A DNA stretch of 64,000 nt from Camelus dromedarius (lineage: Eukaryota), in NCBI RefSeq assembly GCF_036321535.1, contig NC_087437.1, forward strand, positions 33,916,001-33,980,000, given 5' to 3'. Within the stretch, counting starts at the first letter, position 1; each line of letters begins with the position of its first letter. Below the pieces are notes generated by a model. The model saw only the letters and a list, made by a program, of their open reading frames with translations, searched no databases and was not told the DNA's origin. A program made the position numbers and the translations under genes. This document shows positions 12,540 through 25,705 of this stretch, one piece after another.

Positions 12540-12730
12540 TTTTTTTCAAGCTCTTTCACATATTATCTCATTCAGTCGCCACAATAACCATATGAGGAAA
12601 GTGGGTGACCCATTATTATTCCCAAAGAGGCTCTAGGAGGTTTGGTGGCTTCATAAAGAGAACCCGACTAGTGAACCATCAGACCAGATCTGGGGCCTCT
12701 ATTTCTGAGTCCAGTTCTCTTTTCCCTAAA
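12540..12730 (-). mobile_element. MIR SINE
   Basis: CTTTCACATATTATCTCATTCAGTCGCCACAATAACCATATGAGG...ATTATTATTCCC. Confidence 0.7.
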
Positions 12731-13195
12731 TGACATGTTTTCATATAAAAAAAAAATCATAAAGTATAACTGAAGGGCCTTAGAGTTCACATCCGTGCTC
12801 CTGGAGGGAAGTGGGAACCAGAAAGAGGAGTGGAGTGATCCTTTCAGTAGCACCTCTCCCACGCCCAGCTCCAGCAGTTAGAACCTGCTGCTGCTCGCAG
12901 CCAAAGCCTGCGTGTGGCCAGCGCTCCAGGAACCGGGTGCGTATTTTGCAGCCTCTTGTCAGAGTCCTTGACCTTAGTGCACCCAGAATTTAGGTTCTGG
13001 TTTGTTTCTTTTCAGTCCCCTTAGAGACTGAGGAGCTATCCCTGAAACTGAATATTGTTTTTCTTATTAAAATACTTTTATACTTTAACTCATTAATTTA
13101 GAAAAAAAGGGTTTCATAAAGATAAGAAATTAGAAATGACTACTAACCCCACCACCAGGTGTTTCCACCCCTGAAGTTTTGGTATATCTCCTTTC

Positions 13196-13647
13196 TCCCT
13201 TAGTCATCTCAGGCTGCTCTAGCAAGATGCCATAGGTGGCTTGGACAACAAATATTTATTCCTCATAGTTCTAGAGGCTGGGAGTCCAAGATCAAGGTTC
13301 CATACATCCAGTGTCTGGTGAGTGTCCTCTTCCTGGTTTGCATGTAACTCCCTCTTGCTGTATCCTCACATGATGGACAGAGAGGATGCTGGTTTCTTCC
13401 TCTTCTTATAAAAGCACTAACTCCATCTTGGGGGCTCCATCCTCTTGACCCCAGTTCATCCCACTCTTAACTAGGACAGGAAACAATACCTCATTTCTGC
13501 TCACACTCCCAATGGGAAACTGGCTCCTCTAAACCCAATTACCTGCCAAAGATCCCACCTCCAAACACCATAACATCAGAGTTTAGGGCTTCAACGTGAG
13601 AATGGGAGGGGGGAGGCAGGGATAAGTGACACAATCAGTCCATAGCA
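13196..13647 (-). mobile_element. MLT1A-like MaLR solo LTR carrying a 71-bp foreign insert
   Basis: AGGCTGGGAGTCCAAGATCAAGG...TCTTATAAAAGCACTAACTCCATC...CCCACCTCCAAACACCATAACA...AATCAGTCCATAGCA. Confidence 0.85.
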
Positions 13648-14574
13648 CTTCTTTCTTTATAAATGTAAACATTTTAAAAATACTATGCTGTTTATTCTCT
13701 TTGTCACATGTTTTTTCCTCTAGAAATAACAATATATCATAAATATATTTCCATGTTATTAACTAGTCTTCTATAAGAACATTTATAATAGTTATCTCGC
13801 TGCATGGTGTCGCAGTTTACTTCAAATCCTGAGCTGGGCTTTTAAGTGATTTCTCTTCATCACCATTGCAGATATGCTCTGCTTATTTCATTTCCTGTCT
13901 CTTAGGGAGGGTGGAGCACCTAACCCTCACCCTACAAATAGCCCTTGGAAGAAGTAACCCCATACATCCTATGACACTTCTCTTCCCAGACAAACAATAG
14001 TTGACTGGATGAAGTCAGTCAATCTGTTGGCACTGAGCAAGCTATCAGTCTTAAATCAATCAAGAGTTGTAACTAAGAGAACCAGAAAATGCAGGAGAGA
14101 GTAGCCATTTCAAATGAAAGATCCTTGGCAACCTAATATTTGCAGCCAAAGAACCTTGACTTAAAAAACTGTGGTAAAGCTCAGGGATAAATTTTTTCCA
14201 ACCTATTCATGATTATTGCTTAGAATAATGCTTCAAAGTAGGGTGCTAGCTCAACTTTATATATTTTTAAACTGTTTTGACATATATTGCCAGATTGCTT
14301 TCTAGAAATATTAAATATTAAATTAGTTTATTCTCTTCCCAACCATCACTAAAGGTTAGTTTTTCTAATTTTATTTCCAGAATGGTACCTCATTATTTCA
14401 AATTACACATTAATGAATTCCAAGTGAGCTTTAATGATTTCTGTGGGTATTAGCCATTTGTATTTCTTCTTTTGCAAATTGCTGCTTTGTATCATTTGCC
14501 CATTTTTTCCTGAAATAATCATATTTTTCTTATTGATTTGAAATAACTCTTTATATGTCACAGACTTTAACCTT

Positions 14575-15978
14575 GATCAGGATCTTTCTCATTGTGAGTT
14601 AGCGGGAGTTAGAAGGAAGGACAGAAAAAGATGAGCCAAGGATTTGGGTAAAGGTCTGCAGCCAAAAGAGGACAGGTCAGGGGCCACTCCATCTCCTGAC
14701 CCTCCTTCCTCTTCCCTAGATGGGTCTTAAATGTGAAATACAAGTGTCACTGGACACCCACAGAGACTTTCAAATGAGTAGACAGAGATTTTTAGGGGAA
14801 TTAATTTCCAGATCTTCACACTTCATATACCTTGTTCCTAAAATTGACCCTGAGAAATCCTTTTCCTACTTCAATCCTCCAATAGCGTTTGTCCCGTTTT
14901 ACAAACCCTCATTAGGGTGATTTGCACTGGGCACGCTGTGCTTCAACGGGGAGGCGTTGCTATAACTGCCTTCGTTCCCATCTCCATGAACGAGGCTGCT
15001 CAATGTTTTTATTGAGACGCATTTTCAAAAATTAAACATTGTTTTTCTTAACAATAACCTGTGAAAAGTTGTAAAATATCCATGTTGTTTTGATCGGTTG
15101 TGGCATCTATTAATCAGGATAGTGTCAGCTACCTTACAGTAACCAATAAACTTAAAACTTCAATGGCCTAATGCAACAGAAGTCTGTTGCTACTTTTTGT
15201 ATGACAGTCTGGTGCAGACAAGGGGGCTCTATGTGGGGACTCTTCTCCAAGGGGTCCTAGATAACTCTGCTTCATCTTGCATCTTTGCCATCTCAGAATT
15301 TCCCGCTTCCAGCAGGGAAGGAGAGAAAGAGAGAGAGAAAAAGAGCTCAGTTCAACCCACTCTTAACTAGGGCAGGAAACGATACCTCATTTCTGCTCAC
15401 ACTCCCGATAGGAAACTGAGAAATATAAACTTCCTGTACCTCCAAGAAGAGAAAAGGTTGTGGTGAACATAGCATTATTTCTGCTACAAGTATTCCTAGT
15501 AATGATTGTAATGATGACTCTGCTCAGATGAATTTTTTTAACAGTTTGAGCCTTATGGTCACAGATAAGAAAAAATTTTTTTTAATTTCACTTAATTTTT
15601 ATAGGGAAATATGAAATGGTAAATAATTAAATACTCAAACACAAAAATACATTTAATCAGGATAAAATTCTATATGTGAATAAAAATAAGAATACAAGGG
15701 GAAAATGAAAAGATGTAAAATTTGCAATTCTTACCCAGTGACTGATAGAGGGTATCAAGTTGCTATAGTGTCTACATGCCATTGGATTTATTATAATGAG
15801 TTGGGTAACCGTATCACTTTAAAAGCCAATATTTACAACAGATCATAAATTATATCCTTTGCTACCGTTCAAGCTTTTGATGAAAATTTTTACACGACAA
15901 CATAAAACTGAAGGAGGGTGCAGAGTTTTTCGAAATCCCTTTAGGAGATAGTGAACAAAAATGTTGCAGCCCAGTGCC
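14575..15978. mobile_element. hAT-Charlie-like DNA transposon remnant interrupted by the MLT1 LTR at 15108-15488
   Basis: Charlie-like terminus ...TTTAGGAGATAGTGAACAAAAATGTTGCAGCCCAGTG and internal AATTTCCAGATCTTCACACTTC. Family call is tentative. Confidence 0.45.
15108..15488 (-). mobile_element. MLT1J/K-like MaLR solo LTR
   Basis: CAGTAACCAATAAAC...CAATGGCCTAATGCAACAGAAG...TTCTGCTCACACTCC...GGTGAACATAGCATTATTTCTGCTACA. Confidence 0.7.
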
Positions 15979-17044
15979 CTGTCCTGTCTTTAGGGAAACC
16001 CTCCCCCAATTTGATTTCTTTATTTAAAAACCAATAAGAAAGAAATTAAAATGCACTGTGAGTAGAGCTGCTTCTGCTGTACTGGATTTGCAGATGCCGT
16101 GGACTGCAAAACACAGTAGTTTATGATACCAACTTCCCAGGAAGTCCAGGGATAGACCATGCTGCGTACAGAAATGTATTTCTAGGCAGAGTTCACACAT
16201 CAAGGTAACAACCAGACAGACCCACAGTCGGCCACGCCCTGCTTAGCTTTGTGGTCAGGCTACTTGAGGATTTAAGTCTTCCACCCTGAAGTCAGTGAAT
16301 TCTCACTGCCTTGCTCATCAGCCGGTGGTACCGAACCACGCTCCAAGTTAAATAAACATCCTGCCACTTTCCAGAAGAATCTAAAGCAGCCTGATTTTTT
16401 GACTGTCAAAGACGGCAGTTTTAGATAGGGGTCTAGCTCTCCTTCCTAAAAAGGCCCATTGACCTTTATTGCAAGTGAAATAGCTTATGGGAACAGGAAA
16501 TGGCTAACCTCACTGTGCCATAAACCAGAGCTCCCTCCAGCCTCCCCTCCCGCAGCGCTGGCGTGAGGCCTGGAACAGCACTCCGCATAAACGTCTCCGT
16601 GCCAGTCCCCAGGTGCAAAGCTGTCAAGAGGTACAACTGGGGAGTTTCCAGAATTGCTTGGAGAGGCGATTGTCTGAGAATAATGCCGACTATTTTGCAG
16701 ATGTTTCTTGACCGGAATTTGAGATCCCTTTATTTTTGTATTGGCTCTTTTGTAACTGGTATAAGTGACAACTGGCGATATACTGGGCACAAAGGAGAGA
16801 AGGCTTCCATTGAAAGGCCAGCGAGAGTGCCATCTGATTTGGAGATAAAAAATAAATTCTACTCTCTGAACCAAATGAAATTAAAAGTCCTAAAATGGAA
16901 AATTTCGTCAGTTTTTCGAACAATAAATAAACAAATGATTCTCTGACATTTATTGAGAATCATTTGCCAGGTGAAGAGCAACAGGAACTGAGAAGCAGGA
17001 TGTGATCTGCCTAAAAGAATTCGGAAAGTCCTGTTCTGACCAAC

Positions 17045-17250
17045 ACCCAGCCTGTTTTGTCTTCATCACAGAATTTATCACCACCTGGCATTTTCTCCCT
17101 CATTTCTTTACTGGTGTCTCTCCCCACGAGGACGTAAGCTCTGTGATCCTTGAGACTTTGTCTGTTTTGTCCACAGCTGTATCCCCAGGGTTCTGAACAG
17201 AGCCCTGCTTGTTGTAGACTTTCAACAGACTTTTATCAAAGAATGAATCA
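17045..17250 (+). mobile_element. L2a 3' end
   Basis: TTTATCACCACCTGGC...GTAAGCTCTGTGA...TTTGTCTGTTTTGTCCACAGCTGTATCCCCAG...GAATGAAT. Confidence 0.75.
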
Positions 17251-18649
17251 GTTCTCACCTTCAGAAGGGGCACGCACTCACAAGGGACAGAAACTGAAAC
17301 CCCCATATCAATAATGTTCATTTATTCATTCAGTTAAATAGACCTCAAAGCAATGAGGGGCTTGAAGAACTGATGGAGCTTATGGAAAGAATTAGGTTTC
17401 CTAGAGGAAGTCATTAGATTGGGCTTCCATTTCCTGGGCTAGTGTGGGGCTGGGGGACAGGGCAAACTGTGGCGCACACATAGGGAACATTGGTTCCACG
17501 CCTGTAACTTTGTATGAAATGAAGATTTGCTAGCAAAGCCTTCATGCTAGTCAAAAAATTATTAAGCCTTTGTTCAGGGCATTTCCTGGAACTTAACGTC
17601 AAGAGCTGGTCGTCCTCCTCCAAATGGGTGTCCAGATAATTCCTGATCCTGCCCTCATAGCTCAGGTCACATCCATGGCATCACCAAATAAAAAATTCAG
17701 TCTTTAAAAGGAGGCCAATCTCTAATCTAAGAATAATTTAAAGCGATCTCCCCCTGGTGTTAGTTCTCAAGGGAACATTTTAAATATGTAATCTACATGA
17801 TGTCAGTTATGCTTTGGTTGTCTTGCTAGGGCCTTAGGGACAGACTTTCTGCCTGTACGTGGGTGGGTGAGCGCTTTCCAGAAGGGAATGTGTCTTTCCA
17901 CTGTGGTTCTAGAAGATACCAAAATTGGGAAGAGAATAAGGGCTCTGGAAGTGGGCCTTATACTTATGTTGGAGATGATCTTTCTCCTCTTATAGGAGTG
18001 GGTTGTCATATTGTCCAGACTCCAAGACATAAGGATTCTCTTGACATCTGGAGACAGATGGAGACGGAGGCAGGTAACCCGCCTCATAGGGGCCCCTAAG
18101 GCCAGTCTGGGATGTGCTGTGCTTTTTCTCTTCCATCCACTTCCAACTTTCAGTAATGTCTCATTGTGCTTTATCCTTGAGTCGGCTGTCCTGTGAGACA
18201 GTGGGGAGAAGGTCTCACATCAGCTGGAGTGACAGAGGGGAGAAGGGCTTCCCTTCCCTCTTACCTCCAGGGAGGCCGGCACAGGGTGAGCTGCAGTGGT
18301 CACCAGCAGAGGACACCTGGGCTCAGAAGCACCTTGTGAAAGTCACTTGCAGTAGTGATGGCAAAGTAGGGAGGACAACGGAGGCCCTGCCTGCCTTGGG
18401 TACACTTCAGATGGCCTCTGAGAACACCTGGAAACCTGGAGAAATAGCTGAGGAACAGTTAAATGGAGAATTATCACACCTGATGGCCAGGGCTGTTAGA
18501 GCTACCAAACTTAGTCATTAAAAATAAACTCGTTCTAGATACATGCTTAGTAAAATTGAAATTTTATACATAAATTATTTTTATAGTGGTAAGGAATTAG
18601 CTATTCTGATTTTTTCCAAGGCAGCATCTTGATTCATGGGGAAATATAA

Positions 18650-20130
18650 GAAGATTTCCCATTAAAGAGAAGACAACATTGTCAACATATTTAACATATA
18701 ATATTATTTAAGTACTACCCACTGGGATAATAGAAAAAATATATAAAAAATTGAAAAGGATGAGCAAAGATGATAACTACTTACAGATGGTATAATCAAA
18801 ATAGCTAAAAGAAAGCCACATGGAAAATGACTGGAAATGATAAGATAATCCAGTAAGAGAAGTGGTTGTAAAATGCAAAAACCAGTATCTTTTCTATATA
18901 AGAACAAGTTAGAAAATGTAATGAAAAAATGCCCATTTAAAAGAGTGTTCAGAATAGTTAAATACCTTACAATAAAAATAACAATAAATGTGCAGGATAT
19001 ATGTGACTTGGAAGAATCTTGACAGAATAAAATGGCATTTTCTGTGTTTAGACTAAGAGTTAAGTATTATAAAGATGTCAACTCTCTTTAAATTAAATTA
19101 TTAACTGAATGTGATACCAATAAAAAATGCCAATAGAATTTTTTTGGTTATTGTTGAAATCACATGTGCAAATAAAGATATTTATTATGCAATTAGTATA
19201 GTTGCAATAGCCTGGAAACAGTTTGAATGTACACCAATAGGAGGTTGGCTAAATTATGGTATATTCCCAGAGGATACCATTGTGATATCCCGCTATTTAA
19301 AAAAATAAGGGAGCTCTGCAGGCCTGGGTGTGGAATAATCTCTAAGATATATTGTTAAGTGAAAAGATCAAGTTGCAAAAATAGATACACATACACACAA
19401 ATAACATATCATATCTATTGTGTGTATACATATATAAGGATATATGCACAAATATGTAGATATATTATGATGTCATTTGTTTAAACACACACACACTCCT
19501 ACACACGTGTGTACTTCAGAGCATCCAAGAACATTTGCTGCTGGAGATGAAGAATGAGAGATGGCATAAAAAGAAGACTTGCCTTTTTACCATATATCCT
19601 TTTTATGCCATTTGATATTTTTACTATGTGTATGTCAGCTTTTCAAGAGAAAAAAGTTTTTAAGCAATAAAAGAAATAAAAATATAGATCAAAAAAGGAA
19701 TGTTTGTTCAAGTTAACAGTATCAAAATGTATATGAGCATTCCCATCTACCCAGCTGGTCGACCTCCACTCAAATCCTAGAGAAATTCTTGCCCGTGTGC
19801 ACAAGTAGATGTGTACAGGAAAGAGAGGTGTGGCATGGAGGGGGCAGCTAAAACACTGTCTATCTCTATTGTACCTACTGTTCACTTAGAATGTGAATAA
19901 ATATTTATCATAACAAAAATTCAGAAACAAACCCATCAGCAAGGAGATATTTAACAAATTCTGGTACAGCTAAGTACCAGAAAATCCATACATAATAGAA
20001 AGTTGTTAATGTTATTAAGTGAAAAATCAAAATGCAGAACGACGTATGTAGTAGTAGTAATCTATTGTATAAGCACAGAAAATATATGGAAGGAAACATC
20101 AAACCGTAAATAGTAGATGCCTGAGTAAAC
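18650..20130 (+). mobile_element. Highly decayed L1ME-like ORF2/3'UTR fragments
   Basis: A-rich L1-like remnants (TTTACAGATGGTATAATC, AAATACCTTACAATAAAAATAACAATAAATGTGCAGGA, GAAACAGTTTGAATGTACACCAATAGG, TCCTAGAGAAATTCTTGC). Confidence 0.6.
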
Positions 20131-21989
20131 AGTGTTTTCCCCAGTTCCTCCAAGCCAAGCCCGCTTCTCCCGGTCTCCTTCCAAGCTGCCTCCTGATCCG
20201 GGCTGTGCTGAGTCACTGCTGTAGCTGGGTCACTGATGTAGCCCTGGCTCCTGTCTGGCCCTCAGCAGCTCTTCATCGGGGTGCCGACCGCTTCTTACCG
20301 CCACTAAGGACAGTATCCTCTGGTTCCTCATCTGCAGCTTCTGGTGTGACGTAGCTCCTGGGAAACTTTGCCGGAGGGAGGAGTGATGGGACTGGTGTGT
20401 TTCTGTGGCTCCACTGTAGCCCCTACCAGACATCTCCAGGTCCCTCTAGAGGGAACTCTCCCTTTTCACTTTTTACATTTGTAACAATTGGCTTCTGTGT
20501 ATTTTGGGAAACAAACAACTTATTAAACTGTAAAATAATGTAAATTGAAGAAATATCTTTGACATTCCTAAGAATAAACTGAGCCTTAAGCTTGAACATG
20601 AAAATAACACATGTAAACTGATATATCCTTACTGATGCCTCCCACATCACGTGCAAAAGATTGTGACTGCAGAAGGATCCATAACCACTCTTCTCAACCT
20701 GTTGTTTACTTTATTTCATTTCTTTGGTTTTTGTTATGCTCATTTTTTCTTTTCCAAAATAAGTAATACACTATTACCTGCTGTGTATTTAGTTTAAAAG
20801 AATATTAAGTAACCTTGATCAATCTGTGTCTTTACTAGCTACATTTCAGTTTACATTATTAACATTTTATTAGGGGAAAAAACTATTACTTTCCCTTAAA
20901 CATTCTATTAAGTTCATTAAAATCATAATTTATTTACTCATTCATTTGGAATCACGTGGTCTCTCCCTTTTTTCTCCCTTCTCCCATGAGAGAAAATCGC
21001 TGAAATAATTTTAGAAAAGAAAATGTGACTACTGGGTCAAGAGCTATAAAAATATTAATGCCTCCTGATGCAAGTTTTCAGCATGCTTTTTATAGCTTAA
21101 CTTCTTTGATTTTGCAGTACCTTCTAAGGTACAAGTATATTCATTTAGTACAACCCTCAACAGCTAGAAGCAGTACATTTTTTTTAATTTTAGTTAATTT
21201 ACACCAAAGTTTCCCCTTGTATTCCTAGAATAAACATATCTTCTGAGACATACCTGTGTGTTTACTGATAAACGTTATCAGATTCAGAATCCCTCGCTGG
21301 AAGCCTTCCCACAAATGTTGGTGAGACAGCGTTCCCCAACATCACTAACACATAATGCTTTATCCTTACCAGGTCCACAAATCATGAGATATTCGGTGAA
21401 AGTGGACCTGGTGAGATATCACTGTGATGCACAGTCAATTCAAGGGTGAATGAAAGGCAGCGCAGGTGTGCGGTGTATGACACAGGCAGGCCCCACCCCC
21501 AATTATGGTGACTCGCTCAGCTGGCAGAGAGCTCCCCTGGGGTAATGGCACCGTCAGGAGGACCTCTCGACACTCACTAGTCTAGGCTGATGGCGTCGTT
21601 TAGACAAGCTCAGAGCAGAAAGAATGGCAAGGTCAGCGTTTGCGTAGCCAGGATTTTTTTTTCTTACTAATTTAAAAATAAAAATAGTAGATAACGTTTA
21701 AGACAATTTTAGATAAATTATATCATAGTCCAGCACTGTTATACAGCAATTTTCAGTTTTGCACATGGCCTTCCATTTCTCATAGGTATTTAGCTAGTTG
21801 TAATCATAGATGTTCTCTCTTCTGCTTCTTTCCGTTAACTTTATACCACACGCATGTTTCCATGCCTGTACAGACCTTTCATAATTATTACTTTTAATGG
21901 CTGTGTGAAGGCCACCATTTAATTTTATTACTCTGTCTATACTCAGCGCCTATTATAATATGTAATAAGTCCTGATGGGAGCATAGGAT

Positions 21990-22200
21990 GATGCTAGATT
22001 GTAAGTGCTGGTGCCGAAATACCTCAGTTCAAATACAAGTGTCTTAACCTCCGTACCTTAGTTTTCTGGTCCGTAAAATGGGATGATGACAATTCCTACC
22101 ACACAGGTTTGTCGTGATTAAATGAATTAATTTGCATAAAGTGCTTAGAACAAGCCCTGGTATGCGATAAGCGATCAATAAACGTGAGCTATTATTATTG
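21990..22200 (+). mobile_element. MIR SINE
   Basis: CCGTAAAATGGGATGATGAC...GTGATTAAATGAATTAAT...AAAGTGCTTAGAACA...CAATAAACGTGAGCTATTATTATT. Confidence 0.85.
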
Positions 22201-25200
22201 ATGTATAAATGACTTTGGAGCCTTCGAGTCATTTCTTGCTTTTGCTATTACAGATAGCAATGCAATGAACATCTCTGCTTATCAGATGTTTTGCTTCTTT
22301 TTAATTATTTCCTTAGATTAAATTCCTAGGAATCAGATTGCTGGGTCAAAGAGTTTATCGCAATGATTACCTTTTAAAGAAATTCCTTTAACCTCTGCCC
22401 TTGAAGAAAATGTGATTGCATGGAAAACAAATACTAGCTGATACAAAAGAGATGATAAAGCAAAGAGCTCATAGTTTTGTTTGACAACAACAATAATTTA
22501 GGAAAAATCCATTTTATTCATAAAACTATGTCCACATCATACAAAACCCCTGGGTTCCATTCAGTTGATTTAATAACAAGTATTTCCCAGTCGGCTCTAG
22601 GCCTGTTCCATGCTGGGTGTTAAGCAGAGTATGGAAGAAAACGAAATGGTCTTTGTCTTTAAAGACTTAAAATCTACATAAGAAGGTAAGATGTGAAACT
22701 AGTATGAGACAATAGAACCAGGGGCCAAATTATGTGTTTTTAAAAAATGTAAAATCCATGGCACAAATGCTAAGCATTAGGCATAACCATCTAGCAATAA
22801 AGAGACAATATGCAGTTGGCAGTAAGAAAAAAGTGCGTGACCATCCAAATGATAACTATATTAAGCTCTATGTTGTTCTCACAATCTGACATTTTGGAGT
22901 TGCTTCTAATCCACCTCAAACCAACTGGCCAGACTTGGCATTTGAATTGCATCAGCAGAAAGTGTTCGCTCTTGCTAAAACACACTCTCACCCTGCCGGT
23001 TGGAAGATAAAAGCACTGTCAGGCTTCAGCTGTGGGCTTTAGCCAAGGGGGCCCAAAAAGGCTGCTCAGGGGCGGAGATGGCCTTGGTGGAGAACTGTGT
23101 GCATATCTGCTCAGGAAGGGCCTCTGCCAGCTGAAATAACACCATCTCCATTTACCTCGTTTTTCAGGGGAGTGTGGCTAATGTGTCTTAAACAACCGAA
23201 GTCTCCCACCACCCTCAGTCGTCTCTCTTTAGTCTCAGTGTCGAAGGAAGAGGGTCGAACTGCCTCTCCTCTTAGAGATGAGCAAGATTATTGGTTTCCA
23301 GGAAGCCAAACCGGAAATAGAAGCAGAGCCCTTTCATGTCATTGAGGAAGACTTCCCAGTCACGGTAAATCCTTTCTGTAGGGGGCAAAACTCACATAAA
23401 GGGTTTTCCAGCCTTTGAAAATGGCCTGCCAAACACCGGTTCTTGTGCCTTAACCAGTGGTTATCCAGCTGCCCACTGTGTACAGATCCTCTTGGACTGA
23501 CAGGCTCCAGATTCCCCCAGAAGGCTTAAGCCTCTGCTATGTCCAGAGAAGGAGCTGCTTTGCCCAAACAGGTCCCAAAGCAGACAAGTGAAACTGTCTT
23601 CCTTATATGGTGAAAAGCGCCCTGTCGCTTTAAGGCCAAGAGACTTGGCTGCAGACGGTCCCTGGGAAGTTTGCGGGCAGCCCCATCCTGTGTCTGATCC
23701 TTGCAGCTGTGCAGGTGAGTCCCCAATCCTTCTCTCCCCAGTTTGCCCTCTCCAGTCGATCTCGTGGTGTGGCCGGTTGGAAATGCTATTACAGAGGGCT
23801 AGAGAAATTCAGGGTCAGTTGAGATGATGTTGTTTGGAGAAGTTTGAGTTGAAGGGGAAAAATACAAGGTTACTAGGGAAATGTGCAGTAATGCAGCCAC
23901 TGAGGATGCTTCTAACTTCCAGCAGGGAGGAGGCATCAAGGTTACGGGAAGCCCTGAGGCTTTCCAGGACAGGGCAGGGCAAACAAATTCAGCAGGGGAT
24001 GAAGGACAGATTTTAGGTATGACAGGGGTAAGTGTGGACTTCTGAGCTACTGGTCAACTGCAAGTTTAAACCAAACATAGGTGGGAGGAAATAGTGCTTC
24101 TGCAAATGCTGAAGGCTTTGCAGGAGCTGGAGCTACAGGGCTGACTGCAGGCAGAAACTATACGTGAATGTTTGCAGCGTCTACTGGCGTGGAAGGCTGC
24201 AGCCTTAACCCTTTGTTCAGCCTGGCTGATTAGCAAGTAGAGCTTGACTGCACAGAGCAAGGAGTGGGGGTTGGGGTGGGGATGCCTGCGTGGAGTATTG
24301 CAGTAGGAGACTAAATAAATGGATGAGACTATGATCGTGGAACCGCATCTCTGGTAACCCATCAGTACCACCTGCAAGCTCGGCAATTCTGTGTCGTCCA
24401 CAGGCAAAGAGCTGGAAGAAGTCTCGTTTAAACTGATTATTGCTGTCATTTACTAATTCAGTTTCCTGATTTCTTTTCCCCCATGGCCTGGAGCCTCCTA
24501 AGATATTAATTGGGAATTCTCTAATAGAACTTTTTAGCAGCTAAATATGCACTAACAGAAGCATGTGTCTAAGTGAAAGGCTGAGATGTATACAGTTGGG
24601 GTTGGGATTTTATGGATAGGACCAAAAGAAGTGGGTATGGCGGAGGAGGAGAAACGCCTGATGGTTAATTTGCAGTCTATCCAAAGCCCTTTAACTGAGC
24701 CCATTCATCAGCTATGGCCAAAAAATGAAGTCCACCCAGGAATTCTAAAAGATGCCAAATTATACGGCTGGGGTTGTCTACCCTCCTGGTTGAGTCTGGG
24801 GCCATTCATCATTCATTTGAGGCCAGTGGTTGCTCTACAGTTGTGTGGGGGAGTGAACACGGAGGCTGGATTAAAATTCCTTACATACCCCATGCCTATA
24901 AAAAATATTCATTCATCTGAGTAGTCACTGAAGAATTCTTTTTATTATTAACTAACAAGTGCTATAGCTACTTGTTTTCTAAAGACAGAATGTTCATGAA
25001 AAAAGGTTTATTTTATCAACAGAGACTTGTAAGCTCAAGGGTTCCTCTTTTTCACTTTTGATAGCTGGGAAAAGGATGATTGGAGCTTGCTGAATAGGAA
25101 GATCTGTTCTTGACTCTGAAAATCTCAAAGAACTCCACTTGGGTCTTACCCATTCAGAAAGGCTGATGTTCTGAGCAAAAAGTTAACTTTTGAGTTCCTA

Positions 25201-25539
25201 ACTTGGAAGAGAGCAGGACGGGGGTATAATTTTACGTCATTTGTTTCAAGCTAAATCCAGAAGGCAGTGTCAAATATACTGCTTTCAAAGCCGAATGCTG
25301 CCAAGAAAAACAAAATTCAATCCCCAAAGCTGGAGAATCTCTAAAAGTAACAGACTGTGATCTTTTATAAGCTGAATTAAGGTATTTAAAAGGAAAAAAG
25401 ATGTGGCTTTCTGAACATTTCACTCAGTGACCCTCGATCACATACTGACTGCACAACTTCTCTTAGGTTGTTTATTTCATCTGTGCCTCAGTTTCCTCAC
25501 CGTTAAATTGTGCATTGTTGGGAGGCACTGTCCAATGAA

Positions 25540-25705
25540 GTGGAAAGATCAGTTGGAGCTGGAATTGAACAGTTCTGGGTTAAATTTCCAGTCCCTTCAT
25601 TTATTCCATAACCTTAGGCAAGTTATACAGCCAGTCTGAACCTCGGTTTCCTTATTTATAAAGAGAGTGAATAATTAACAGTGTCATTAAAATTAGAGGA
25701 ACCTA
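25540..25705 (+). mobile_element. MIR SINE, apparently the target of the CYCS retrocopy (possible remainder 27046-27075)
   Basis: CTGGGTTAAATTTCCAG...ACCTTAGGCAAGTTA...CTGAACCTCGGTTTCCTTATTTATAAA. Confidence 0.65.
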
